Shown here: positions 9,470 to 20,865 of the stretch, piece after piece
Position numbering within the stretch: position 1 is the first letter of the stretch
How the letters are laid out: each line of letters starts with the position of its first letter
Assembly: GCA_963665275.2 (NCBI GenBank)
Contig: CAXXIN010000012.1
Span: 1 to 64,000 of the forward strand
Length of the DNA: 64,000 nt
Direction: 5' to 3'
Origin: Negativicutes bacterium
GTDB lineage: Bacteria > Bacillota > Negativicutes > UBA1444
Translations under genes and position numbers: made by a program
Notes under the pieces: model-generated
Told to the model about the DNA's origin: nothing
Seen by the model: only the letters and a program-made list of their open reading frames with translations
The model's database searches: none

Positions 9470-10624
9470 CTAAGGCTTGAAAACAATCTTTATTTCGACG
9501 ATCTCCGAGGCGGCGCTCGTGCGGACCGGTGGTCCCCACGTCCCGTAACCAGCGGAAACGATCGCGTTCATTTTTCCTTTGCGAAGATAGCCCCAGTCCG
9601 TCTCGAAAAGCGAACTTGTCACCCATTGATTGGGGAATAACTGTCCCCTGTGGGTATGTCCGGACATCATCAGATCTACACCGGCCGCTGCCGCATCTTC
9701 CATGTTCCGGGGCTGATGATCCATTAACAATAAAGGTTTTGCGGCATCGACACCTTGTAGGAACTCAGCCAAAGGCTTGCGCGCAGTATTCGTGAATCTG
9801 GCCCGGTCCCAGTCATCACGGCCAGCTATCACGAAATTGTCTTCCACGGTGAAAAACGAATCACGCAAAACATGGATCCCGGCGCCGCGCAACAACGCCA
9901 CAGCCTGCTCTGTCTGCCGCCCGATATATTCATGATTTCCCAGCACGGCAAACACACCGTAACGAGAATGCAGACGCTGAAGTGTCGCCGCCATGTTCTG
10001 GTTGATAAAATGTCCGATGTCCTCGTCGATCACATCGCCGCCGAGCAACACCAGGTCCGGATGCCTTGCGTTGATTGACTCCACCAGTTCCACCAGGCGG
10101 CCGTTATTAATGACTTTGCCCAGATGGATATCTGTGACCAGAATAATGTGCATCTCTCGCAAATTGCCTGCCGCTTTGTCAATTGAAATTTCATACTGCC
10201 GCCAGACCGTATTTCTTGCGTTCCATACGCCAAAAGTGATGATGACGGCAACCAGCCCAACTACGACCCCGCCGACGATACCCGGCGACAACCGCCAGGA
10301 CGATGGAATGAAAGTCGCGAATCTGTTGGCAACCCGAATCAGATCGACCGCAGCGCAAAACAACACGAGATAATAGAGGACCGCCAGCCAGGTTCCGCCG
10401 GTAATCGCCAACACCCGGTCGACGGATTCCGGCAGATAATCGCCCAAGATTCTTTCCAGAAGAAAAGCAGAGGCCAGGAACAGGATAACAAGAGAATAAA
10501 AACGGCCACCGGGGAAGGCCGGCAATGCATGAAATGCCTGCCATCCCCGGAGACCTACATAGTAGTTGGCTATTGAATATATGGTGAAGAAGATCCCTAA
10601 GAAAACATAAAATTGTGTGTTCAT
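9470..10624 (-). CDS. Membrane-anchored metallophosphoesterase (YkuE-like)
   Basis: N-terminal TM helices; DIH, GDVID, GNHE, GHTH and GTWGPP motifs. Confidence 0.9.
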   Translation of the reverse strand: MNTQFYVFLGIFFTIYSIANYYVGLRGWQAFHALPAFPGGRFYSLVILFLASAFLLERILGDYLPESVDRVLAITGGTWLAVLYYLVLFCAAVDLIRVANRFATFIPSSWRLSPGIVGGVVVGLVAVIITFGVWNARNTVWRQYEISIDKAAGNLREMHIILVTDIHLGKVINNGRLVELVESINARHPDLVLLGGDVIDEDIGHFINQNMAATLQRLHSRYGVFAVLGNHEYIGRQTEQAVALLRGAGIHVLRDSFFTVEDNFVIAGRDDWDRARFTNTARKPLAEFLQGVDAAKPLLLMDHQPRNMEDAAAAGVDLMMSGHTHRGQLFPNQWVTSSLFETDWGYLRKGKMNAIVSAGYGTWGPPVRTSAASEIVEIKIVFKP

Positions 10625-10658
10625 GGGTATTATTGTATCACATGAACACCGCCATTAA

Positions 10659-13335
10659 CTACTTTGAACCAGTCCCCTCGGCTCCAGCGATATTGGCCTG
10701 GGCAGCCGCCAAACGCGCAACTGGCACCCGGAATGGCGAACAGCTCACAAAATCGAGTCCGATCTGATGACAGAACTCCACAGAGTTCGGTTCCCCGCCA
10801 TGTTCACCGCAGATTCCGATCAGCAGCCCCGGTTTTGCCAACCGGCCGGCTTCTACCGTCATCCGCATCAACTGGCCGACTCCCCGGCGATCGAGAACAA
10901 TGAATGGATCTTCCTTGAGAATCTTCCCTTCCAGATAGGCGTCCATGAACTTGCCTTCGGCGTCGTCGCGGCTAAATCCGAAAGTTGTCTGGGTAAGGTC
11001 ATTGGTTCCGAAGCTGAAGAAGTCGGAAATCTCCGCCAGTTCCCCCGCCAACAGAGCCGCACGCGGCATTTCGATCATGGAGCCGACAGCATACTCGAAG
11101 TGTACTTTGGACTGGATCATGATCTCCTTGGCCATCGCGTCGATGCGGGTCTTGAAGAAGTCCATTTCTTTGAAATCAATCGTCAGAGGAATTTCGACTT
11201 CCGGCAACACGGTGACGCCTTCTTTGGTCAACTTCACGCAGGCATTGAATATGGCCCGGACCTGCATGTCGTAAACATCGGGGTGAGTGATGCCGAGTCG
11301 GCAGCCGCGGTGACCGAGCATCGGATTGAACTCGTGCAGTTCCCTGATCTTGGCCAGCAGCGCTTCCTGCTGAGTCAGTCGCGCAGGATTTTTGCCTGTG
11401 ATGCGAAGTTCGATGGTTTCCACCAGCACCGATTCATAGTTGGGCAGGAATTCGTGCAGGGGTGGATCAAGGAGACGAACGGTAACTGGCAGTCCATGCA
11501 TTGCTTTCAAAATTCCGTAGAAGTCATCTTCCTGCATCTTCTGAAGGTGCGACAGCGGCTCGATTCTTTCTTCCGGAGTTTCGGCCAGAATCATCCGCTG
11601 TACGTGCGGCAACCGGTCGGAGCCCATGAACATGTGTTCCGTCCGGGTCAGGCCGATTCCCTGTGCCCCAAAGGCGCGGGCGCGTTCGGCGTCTTCCGGC
11701 GTATCGGCATTGGCCCGTACCTTCATACGTGACAGATTGTCGGCCCACTTCAGTACTTGGTCGTATTCTTTGGAGAAGACTGCATCCACGACCGGCACCG
11801 AGCCGAGAATCACCCGACCGGTAGTTCCATCGATCGACAGCATGTCGCCGGCTTTAACGACATGGCCGGCAACGGTAGCCGTCTGTTTTGCATAATCGAT
11901 CCGCAGCGCATCGCAACCGCAGACACAGGGTTTCCCCATGCCGCGTGCCACCACGGCCGCATGGCTGGTCATACCGCCCCGGCTGGTCAAGATGCCCTGA
12001 GCCGCTACCATGCCGTGAATATCTTCAGGTGTGGTTTCCATACGCACCAACAGAGTTTTAACCCCTTCGGCCGCTTTCTTCGCCGCCGTATCCGCATCGA
12101 ACACCACCGCGCCCGAGGCAGCGCCTGGCGAGGCAGGCAAGCCTTTGGCGATAACGTCCAGTTTGGCATTCGGATCGATCTGACGGTGCATTAACTGTTC
12201 GATGTGAGCCGGTTCGACTTTCATGATCGCTTCCGATGGCGTCAGGATATTATCCTGCACCAGATCATAGGCGACCTGTACAGCGGCGCGGCCGGTCCGT
12301 TTCCCGTTGCGGGTCTGCAGCATGTAAAGCCGCCCGCGTTCGATCGTGAACTCGATATCCTGCATGTCTTTGTAGTGATGTTCCAGGGTGTTGGCCGCCT
12401 GTACAAACTGCTTGTACATTTCCGGCATCTGGTCTTTGAGTTCCGAGATCGGCCTCGGCGTCCGAATTCCGGCCACCACGTCCTCGCCCTGGGCATTGGT
12501 GAGAAATTCACCATACAAAACCTTTTCGCCTGTGGAGGGATTCCGTGTAAACGCAACGCCAGTTCCGCAGTCGTCGCCCATATTGCCGAAGACCATCGAC
12601 TGAACGTTGACCGCAGTCCCCAGTTCATGGGAAATCCGGTTTAGATTGCGGTATACGATCGCGCGTTCATTGTTCCAGGAACGGAAAACCGCCTCCACCG
12701 ACATGAACAGCTGTTCCATCGGATCTTGCGGGAAAGGACGTCCAGAGCGGTCAATCACCAGTTTTTTATAATCAGCGACCAACGCCGTCAGGGACTCAGC
12801 CGTCAGTTCCTGGTCGAATTTCACTCCCTGTGCTTCCTTGCGTTGCGTTAGGATTTCTTCAAAATCATGTTTATGAATCTCAAGCACTACATCACCGAAC
12901 ATCTGAATGAAGCGTCGATAGGCATCGAAAGCGAAACGGCGGTTCGCCGTGGCGGCGGCCATTCCTTCAACGGTGACGTCATTCAGACCCAGGTTCAGGA
13001 TCGTATCCATCATCCCCGGCATCGAAAAAATAGCGCCGGACCGAACAGAAAGCAACAAAGGATTCGTTGCATCGCCGAATTTTTTACCGGTTTTTTCTTC
13101 GGTCGCAGCCAACCCAGCCTTCATCTGCTCTTTCAAGCCATCAGGAAAGTGATTACCTACTTTATAGTATTGACGGCACACTTCCGTCGTGATGGTCATC
13201 CCCGGAGGAACCGGCAAACCGATTCGGGTCATCTCCGCCAGTCCGGCGCCCTTACCGCCGAGCAGCGAGCGCATGTTGGCACGTCCCTCTTCAAACAGAT
13301 AAACCATCTTTTCCTGTTTTTTCCGCTGTGTCCAT
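10659..13335 (-). CDS. ppdK: Pyruvate, phosphate dikinase
   Basis: LLGGKGAGLAEM, GGMTSHAAVVAR (phospho-His), SFGTNDLTQ, GICGEHGG. The ORF track starts at 13307; an ATG at 13335 with an AGGGGG RBS is 1 nt out of frame, probably from a homopolymer indel. Confidence 0.96.
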
Positions 13336-13505
13336 GTATTATTTCCCCCTGTATTAGTTTTGCTTGCGGAACTGTCGGCCCTTTGACCCAGCAGACAGAT
13401 TTTACCCCATTGTCGCTATTATTTCAACTTGTCTGTTTTTTCCGCCATAAGATTCGATATTCGACTCCGAAGCGAGAAACCCTGCTGTCCTTTTAAAATT
13501 TTCGC

Positions 13506-14304
13506 TTATTTCGTGACAGGTTTTTCTTGCAGGCCCAACAGCATTTCACGAATCACAGGATCCCAGAACGGACGCTCCCCATCAAATCCTGCCAAAATCC
13601 CGATGGTCAACTGGTTGTCCACGCTCATGGCATAGATGCGGGAAAAAAATGCAAAGGGCATATCTTCCGCCGTGATCATGACTCTGGCTCCAGTCGTCCA
13701 AAGTTTGCCGTCCTGCCTGGGCAGCGATTGCAAAGGCAACATTTCAAGCAGTTTAATGCTCACTTTGTTTTTCTCGTCCGTATATTGAGCTTTCTGAATA
13801 TTTTCATCCACCCATTTTTTGAGTCCGTCCAGCTGTTCTGTCTGTTCCGGTGTCAGCTCCTTAGTAAAAACATCGATGGTGGAGGGCAGCGTTTCGCCGT
13901 CACGGGCAGCCAAAAACCAGGCCATGTGAATCGCTTCCCCATCATCAACAGTCAAATGATACAACGAAAAATCCGATTTCAGAAACCGTTTCTCCGCTGC
14001 ATTGGTATCGGCGGGCAGCGCATCCGACAAAATCGTCGGCGTCCCTGGCGGTACAGCTGGCAAAGGCTTGTTCGCTTTGGCCGCCTTGGGTCGTTTCGGA
14101 TCGGTCAGTTTATTCTTTTCCTGTTCGATGAAGTTGCGGAAATCTTTGACTTCCACTGCCGAAAAGCCAACCGGTGCTTGCATTGCGCCGATAAACGGAA
14201 TGTTCCACTCCGACGTTTGCCACTCAAACGCGGCCTCTGCCTGCGGCACGTTCGAGCAAAGTAGGAGCCCCCGCCAACAGCAGAATCATAGACAGTTTTT
14301 TCAT
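13506..14304 (-). CDS. Exported hypothetical protein (apparent frameshift in signal peptide)
   Basis: AGGAG RBS and ATG at 14304 give MKKLSMILLLAG; removing one base from the C5 run at 14268-14272 joins this to ORF 13506..14249 (LLLCSNVPQAEA). Confidence 0.75.
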
Positions 14305-14367
14305 TACAGCACACTCCTTATCATTTCGTGATACTCAAGTCAATGGATTATTCGAAGCTCCCGAAAA

Positions 14368-15732
14368 CTAGGGATGCCAAATAGTGGCTGAAGAAAGTAC
14401 ATCAATGAATCGGCGGCCGCTCCGCAGCGTTACATCCAATCCTCCGACCACTACCTTCATCACTTCCACCCGCGGCAGTGTTCCGTCCGAGCGTGGATTC
14501 CCGGCGTCCCCATAACTGCCGAGACTATGAATGGCATAATGCTTGCCGCCTTCCTGTCCCAGATAAAGCATCACATGATTGCGCAGATGAAGCGTCGCCC
14601 CCGGCTCTGCCTGGCTCAGCCGCGCGTAGCGGGTTGCCGAATCGGCTATCCCGGCCAACGCAATCCGGCGTCCCGGCACTTTCTCCTGTTGGTCTGCATT
14701 CCGGGGTGAACGAATTCCGAATACATTATAAATATCCATAACGAATGAAGAACAATCCCGGCCTTCGTGCAGACCGCCCCAGCCGTAGTTTTCGCCCAGC
14801 ATCTTGAACGCCTGCCGCAGAATGTTCGCGCGGGTATACGGAAGAAATCCGACCGATACGTCCGCCTTACCGTGAATCCAGGCTCTGCGCCACACAACCA
14901 GTCCATCGGTTCCCTTCTGCGGAATCTCGATTGCATACCCCTCTTTCTCCATTCCCAGAAATACCAGCCGGGTTCCCATGCCGGCGCGCCAGTCCGGCGC
15001 CGGTTTCCCATTCACGGATTCACGCGGAGCCACCTTGGTACCGGTAATCACCAGGAACATTGCCGATTCGGCTTTAGCTTGCCACGCCTGACGGGAAGGG
15101 GCCAAGGCCACATCCGCCGCCAGCATCCAACCCCGATAATTGTACATTTGAACAAAAAGCCATGCTGCATCGTCGCTACGATGCAACACGGCCAAAGGCT
15201 CGGAAATATTGACCGCAGTCTCCTGGAACAGGTCGAAGTCATCCGATTCATCGTCTTCGCTAGAAGCGGTGTCGGTCGGAAAAGTACGCAGGTCGGTCCG
15301 ACGGACCGTAAATCCCCAGGCGACGGGGTTCATTTCGTGCAATCCCTGCAAGTTCAAATTCTGTTCCAAATGGTCATAAAAGGTTCCGGTAACCAGGTCA
15401 CCGTCAGAGTAACGTTCTGCTCCACGCGGCATTCGATCGGCAGCCAGCCATTTTCGCAGTGTGTTTTTGTCGAGAGAGTCGGGAAACCGATTCATTTCGA
15501 CCACGCTCTCTGGCATCGCAGTCGAAATAGAGTGGTTGAACGCCGCGATTGCGGCCGGAGCCAGAATCACCTGCTGGGGAGACGACGCCCGATCGATCCA
15601 GAACCCTGCCTGCAGCATCGGTTCCGACACGCCAGGCAACCGGGCGCCAATAAAAGGCGCCGCCGAGCCTACCGTTGGAAAGCACAGAATCAGCAACAGG
15701 CAGAGGACACCACTTACTAATTTCATTTCCAT
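14368..15732 (-). CDS. NlpC/P60 cysteine peptidase with SH3 domains (YkfC/DPP-VI-like)
   Basis: Signal peptide; FDLFQETAV SH3-like region; YGWGG...DCSSF and HVMLYLG catalytic motifs. Confidence 0.88.
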   Translation of the reverse strand: MEMKLVSGVLCLLLILCFPTVGSAAPFIGARLPGVSEPMLQAGFWIDRASSPQQVILAPAAIAAFNHSISTAMPESVVEMNRFPDSLDKNTLRKWLAADRMPRGAERYSDGDLVTGTFYDHLEQNLNLQGLHEMNPVAWGFTVRRTDLRTFPTDTASSEDDESDDFDLFQETAVNISEPLAVLHRSDDAAWLFVQMYNYRGWMLAADVALAPSRQAWQAKAESAMFLVITGTKVAPRESVNGKPAPDWRAGMGTRLVFLGMEKEGYAIEIPQKGTDGLVVWRRAWIHGKADVSVGFLPYTRANILRQAFKMLGENYGWGGLHEGRDCSSFVMDIYNVFGIRSPRNADQQEKVPGRRIALAGIADSATRYARLSQAEPGATLHLRNHVMLYLGQEGGKHYAIHSLGSYGDAGNPRSDGTLPRVEVMKVVVGGLDVTLRSGRRFIDVLSSATIWHP

Positions 15733-15736
15733 TTGA

Positions 15737-16957
15737 CTAGTCTCCTTGATATCCGAGGATAATCTGCGGCTTTTTGTTCGGGTCCAGCCAGGAAGTGATC
15801 CTCTCCAGATCAGTCCGCTTCATGGCGACACAACCGGACGTGGATTGCCCCTGCCCTTTCCATACGTGCAGGAAAATCGCACTACCCCGGCCGGCCACGA
15901 CCGGAGCCGTATTGTAGCCGACCACTATGCCCAGCTGGTACAAACCATCAGCGCGGCGCATTTTTTCGTGGGACTCGTGAGACGGAATCCCCCTTACCCA
16001 TTGGTTGTATCGCGGTGAAGCCGGTTCATCAACCCAGACGTCCAAGTCGGTTGCCTGTCGATAGGGCATCCGCGTTTCAGCTGTCGCTGCATAACCGAAA
16101 ACAGGCCCCAGGGTGTAGACGCCCCGAGGAGTCATGCCATCGCCTTCTCTTTTTCGGTCGAACGCGGCGATTCCAGATCGTCCCAGCGATACAGGTATCG
16201 GCCCCAACACCGCATCCCAGCCATGGGGCGTTTTTTCAAATCCCCACAGGAGGCTCTCTACCGATCCCTGCTTGGGCTCTGCCACCGCCAGCACCTGTAC
16301 GGCATCTGGAGAAGGAACCAGCCGGGAATCCGCATCCGACAACCGGAACTCCTTCCAGTCCGGCGAATCGAAATGCCACCATTCGGTTGTCATCGACAAA
16401 AACCCTGCCTGACGCATTGCGGTCTGCAAAACCTGGCGATTGCGCAGAGCCTCGGGTGTTGCCTCCATATAGTCCAAATGGGAACGCTCCGAAAACTCAT
16501 CGAAGCTTGACGGCATTGGTAGTTCGCGGCCTTTTGCATCCACCAGCCCAACATCGATTGATGCGCCACGATTATGACGGGAACCGGAAGCGGGATCAGC
16601 CACATAATTGGGATCCGGATAAATTTTCCACATCTTTCGCTGCACCTCGATTGGACGATAGCAATCGAACACTTTCAGTCCCAGCCCCTGCGCCCGCAGA
16701 TTTCGTTGCGCCTGCAACAGTCGATACGCAACCGGTTCGCGCAATAGACATCGGGCGGATGGATAAAGGACCTGCCCGGTAAAATTATCTGCAGTTGCAT
16801 ATTTCAGGTCCTGAACGATGGACGGATCCAGTACAGCCACATCCGCCAGACCCAAGCCCAATTGTTCCGGAGCGACGGCCTGCACCACGCCGCCAAAAAG
16901 CAGAACGAATCCTGCCAATAACAGACAGCAGCCAACTTTTCCCGGGAAATATTTCAC
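15737..16957 (-). CDS. Exported VanX/DdpX-type (M15D) D-Ala-D-Ala peptidase fused to a YkuD L,D-transpeptidase-family domain
   Basis: Signal peptide; YATADNFTG, FDCYRP, SRHNRGASID, EWWHF (M15); then REGDGMTPRG and SAIFLH...TSGCV (YkuD His/Cys). Confidence 0.88.
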   Translation of the reverse strand: MKYFPGKVGCCLLLAGFVLLFGGVVQAVAPEQLGLGLADVAVLDPSIVQDLKYATADNFTGQVLYPSARCLLREPVAYRLLQAQRNLRAQGLGLKVFDCYRPIEVQRKMWKIYPDPNYVADPASGSRHNRGASIDVGLVDAKGRELPMPSSFDEFSERSHLDYMEATPEALRNRQVLQTAMRQAGFLSMTTEWWHFDSPDWKEFRLSDADSRLVPSPDAVQVLAVAEPKQGSVESLLWGFEKTPHGWDAVLGPIPVSLGRSGIAAFDRKREGDGMTPRGVYTLGPVFGYAATAETRMPYRQATDLDVWVDEPASPRYNQWVRGIPSHESHEKMRRADGLYQLGIVVGYNTAPVVAGRGSAIFLHVWKGQGQSTSGCVAMKRTDLERITSWLDPNKKPQIILGYQGD

Positions 16958-16972
16958 TGAGCATGCCCTCCT

Positions 16973-18523
16973 CTATCGGATATGTACACCAAGTTCGAAC
17001 ATTCGGTTCCATGGAAACTCCACCCAGATGTTCTCCGATGGAATCGGCCACAGGTTTTCAGCGACAAATTGCCGAATCTTGGTTGTTGCCGCTTTCGTCA
17101 CTTTGGGTTTCAGGGAGTTGAGCCATTGCCCATTATTCCCGGCCGGGTATACGACTTCTTCATAGAGCTGTCCCCGGATATTGGCTTGGTAGGCCCAGTC
17201 ATCAAGATACCGGACTGCCAGCAGTTTTTGTCGCAGCGCATCCGGAGTATGCTCTGCCAACATTCCCTGTCCTACTGCATAACCGAGAGTATTGCCTGCT
17301 GTATTCCACCCGGAGTAAGACGCCAACCGATCCAGCAATCCCTCTTGCTTCAGCGCTGTCATCAACGAATTATCGGAACCATTGCCAAACGCTACGTCGC
17401 CCACCGCCACACGGCGACCTGACTCAACTTCCGTTTTCACACGTTGCACGAACTCCCGCACGGCCGAATTGGGCTGAGAGACATTACTTGGCTGATTCGC
17501 TTCCCGGGTCACTCCATTAGCCGGTGTATTGATCGCCAGGATCAAATCCGGTTTATCCGTCCAGTCCAGCTTCACTCCACCGGACACGGTAATATGCTGG
17601 GGAACACTGTCGAAGAGGGGGTGATCTTCATAGGACGCAATGGTGGCGCTGCCGACGCCTGGTGCATAAAACACCTTCACGAACGGCAGTCGAAATTCGA
17701 TGTCATTGATCGACTGCACCACCAGACTCATCCCCAGGTTATCCGCACCTGGAATCGACAGGTAGCGGCTTGCGTCGATCCCCGCACCGGTTTTTTCCAA
17801 GTGGCGGGATTCTTGATGCGAAGCCGACAAGGGAGATGAATCATCTCTGCCGATCAGGAAATACTCAAATACGCCTTCTCGCGCCAACTGTTGCATCAGC
17901 TCGTTCACGCGATAGTTTTTGGCCCGGCGCGCCCGCCAGTCGATTAGATTCTCTGCGGGAACCTTTTGCACCAAGCCTGCCAGTTCTGCCGATTCCACCG
18001 CCGACAGCCCGGTCGTCTCCCGTTTGTCTTCCAGTGCGGTAATACGAAAAATCGAAGGGCCCACCTTTTCGTAGTAAGGAGGCTCCGTAGCTCCTGCGCT
18101 CATTTTCGGCGTTCGCATAACCGTGCCGAACACGTACAGTCTCAGCGACGGATACCGTCGTTTCAGTTCACGGAATTTTTCGATCCTCGCCTGCAGTTCC
18201 GCATCTGTAGAAAAATGTGTCCGTGACGCAACCAAACCGCCATAAATCAGAGAATCGGAAGACAAAACCAACGCATCACTGATAGGAGCCTGCTCAAAGG
18301 TCCACTCCCAGAGACGAGACACATGGCCCGAATGCTCCCGTCCCGCAATATCCAGCTGCGCGGGCGTTTGCAATCCGCGTTCCGGCAGACCTCACCGTAT
18401 CAACCACGTACTCCAGATTCACCGGACGGTCATCCATTGGCACATAACCTACACTAGCCGCCTGTACAACCGGCCCGCCCCAAACATCAGCATCAGCCCT
18501 ACAGCACAGATAAATGATTTCAT
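16973..18523 (-). CDS. DUF4127-family exported protein (frameshifted 5' end)
   Basis: ATG 18523 with AGGAG RBS; the upstream frame encodes YVPMDDRPVNL; the main ORF has YGGLVASR, SYSGWNTAGNTLG, RYLDDWAYQ, FPWNRMFE. Confidence 0.8.
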
Positions 18524-18599
18524 TCAGATACTCCTTTCCCTGGTGCTCCTTTCAATTTCTCCATTAGAGTTTTTAAGCGACCAGTTCGCCGTTTCAAGT

Positions 18600-20121
18600 T
18601 CAGCCCGCATCCGGCGGTGAGGCCTCCGTCGTCTTGCCGAGCGCTATGTGAACAGCCTCCCATGTGCCTGGTTTTTCAAAGCCCTTGCGCCAGGCAGCGA
18701 CTCCCGCCAGTTCATATTTCTTGGCCAAGTCAGCTTTTAGGCCCAAAGATTTTGCATCTTCGATCCAGACCTTGTACCTGGCGCTGTCAATCGCCATACT
18801 CGATATAGTGTTGTCCGGCGGATTCCAACCACCTTGGCGTCAATCCATAACGGGCGATTCGGTTTTCCACGTCCGCCATCCACATTGTCGATGAACGGAC
18901 CCGTTCATTGTCAGCTTCCCTCCACTCCCGTGTATAGAAGGGGACTCCCATCAGAAGCTTCTCTTTGGGTACATATTGCAGCGTGTTGATAATGCCACGC
19001 TCAACCCAGCCAATCGATGCGACCGATCCGGCTACCGGACTGCTCCGCCAGTGTTCATCATACGTCATGACCATATAATAATCGACAATTTTCGCCAACT
19101 CGGCCCGGTCATAACAACTGGACCACATCGGCACCCCCGACGGAACAGTGGTATCGATTGACAGCACAACCCGCTGTTCCTTCAGCTTGTCCCGCAAGCC
19201 GCGCCACAAAGCCGGTCAGTCGCTCTTTGTCGTCATCATAAACATTTTCAAAGTCGATGTTGATCCCGTCCCAGATCATACAACGCCGTATACATCAAAA
19301 GTTGCCGGGACGGTCCCGGTCCTGCGCCGACTCGTCGGCCAGAAACAGCTTTGTCATATCGGGATCAAAAACTATTGGAAATCAGAGCCCATACTTTATA
19401 ACCCTTGTCATGCGCATCTTGCACATATTTCCAGTCCGCTTTGCTTGCAACCGTGCCCCCTGGCGTCAGTCACCGCAAACCAGGTCGGCGAGATCACCGT
19501 CAAGCCCGCGATTTTCTCTTCCTGCGCCAGATCAACCGGATCTCCGAGGAAATGATCCCATACCAGACTGATTTTTCCGGCTGGTTTGAACGGTTCCCGC
19601 AACGGGCGCAGTTTTTTTGCTTAATGAAACCAGCGGCATTTTATCAGCCGACGGCTCAGCCAATTTAGTGATCACCAGCTTCTGACCATCACCCGATCTT
19701 GCGATAGAAATGTTCAGCAGTTTTTTCCAATCCCTTGAGATTCACATAAGGTGCGCCGTAAACACTCGTCGTACCCAACTGAAAATCCACGCCATCCTTC
19801 AGAAAGTCGGTGAGGACGTGAAGTTTCCATTTCAAACGGCGGAGTCGCGATATTGAAATACAAGCCGGAGCCCTCAGTCGATAACGCATAGTCTCGTTTC
19901 AAGTAGTCAGCAACAATCGACAGCGGTACGAGAGCTTCATGTTTTCTGACGTAACCGGACAGTTGCGTATTGGTCAAGGCGCCATCAGCCTGTCGTATAA
20001 CGACAGGAATATAGGGATCGGAATAATCGCTCTGCTGGACCACCGGCGCCGCACCCGTACAACCGGACAGGCCTATCATTACAAAGGTTATGATAAATAC
20101 TGATAGAAAAATCTTTTTCAC
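18600..20121 (-). CDS. GH18-family glycosyl hydrolase lipoprotein (YaaH/YdhD-like), split by several frameshifts
   Basis: Lipobox LSGC; fragments contain VISPTWF, DGINIDFEN, VMTYDEHW, LLMGVPFY, GVAAWRKG. Confidence 0.8.
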
Positions 20122-20178
20122 ATTCTCATCCTTCCTTAGCTATTGTATTGCAATTCGACGAAAAAGAGTTCCGGGGGA

Positions 20179-20853
20179 CTAAAACAGTCTCCGCGCGCCC
20201 AGATAGCGACCGCTCCAGTAAGGGTCGGACAGCGACGCCACCGCTACGCCAGTACCGGAGTTAGCGGCGATAAACTGACCGTCACCGACAAAAATCCCAT
20301 CATGCGATGCCCCTGGTTCGTACGTTTCGAAAAAAACCAAATCGCCCTGCTGCAGATCCGACTGCATGATTTTTCGTCCCACTTCATACTGTACATCGGC
20401 AGTTCGCGGTAAATTCACGCCAATCTGAGCGAACACGTACTGGACAAACCCTGAACAGTCGAATCCCTCCGGAGTGGCGCCTCCCCATACATAAGGAACT
20501 CCGCCATAACGCATTGCGAGATTGAGCAGTCTGCCAACGTCCTTCTTTCCATAGTTTCCACCCTTGCCGTAATCCATCAGAAAGTGCCAGGTAATCTCAT
20601 CCACCGCACCGGTCTGACTCAGCCGTGCCTGTTTCTGGTATGTCGTTACCGCCCGTGTCGTCCGTTCATCATAAGTACCTGTAGCCTTAGGAACATTGTA
20701 GCCCAAGTCAATCAACCTCAGCTGAACCGCCAGCACCCGATCCCCTTCGTCGCCTTCCTGAACCGACGCTGCTTCCACAAGGTGTCTTCCGCCCGTGAAG
20801 GCAAAAAAGCAAAAGCACAACCCAATCACAACGATTTTATATCTTCTGTTCAT
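20179..20853 (-). CDS. NlpC/P60 endopeptidase with PG-binding domain
   Basis: Signal peptide, PG_binding_1-like segment (VQLRLIDLGY...TGAVD), PYVWGG...GFDCSG, PRTA, HDGIF. Confidence 0.9.
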   Translation of the reverse strand: MNRRYKIVVIGLCFCFFAFTGGRHLVEAASVQEGDEGDRVLAVQLRLIDLGYNVPKATGTYDERTTRAVTTYQKQARLSQTGAVDEITWHFLMDYGKGGNYGKKDVGRLLNLAMRYGGVPYVWGGATPEGFDCSGFVQYVFAQIGVNLPRTADVQYEVGRKIMQSDLQQGDLVFFETYEPGASHDGIFVGDGQFIAANSGTGVAVASLSDPYWSGRYLGARRLF

Positions 20854-20865
20854 ATGTTCCTTCCC

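Noticed and set aside
15737-16957. Vancomycin resistance (van) cluster
   Set aside because: No vanA/B ligase, vanH or vanRS nearby; only a VanX-like domain in a wall-remodelling context.
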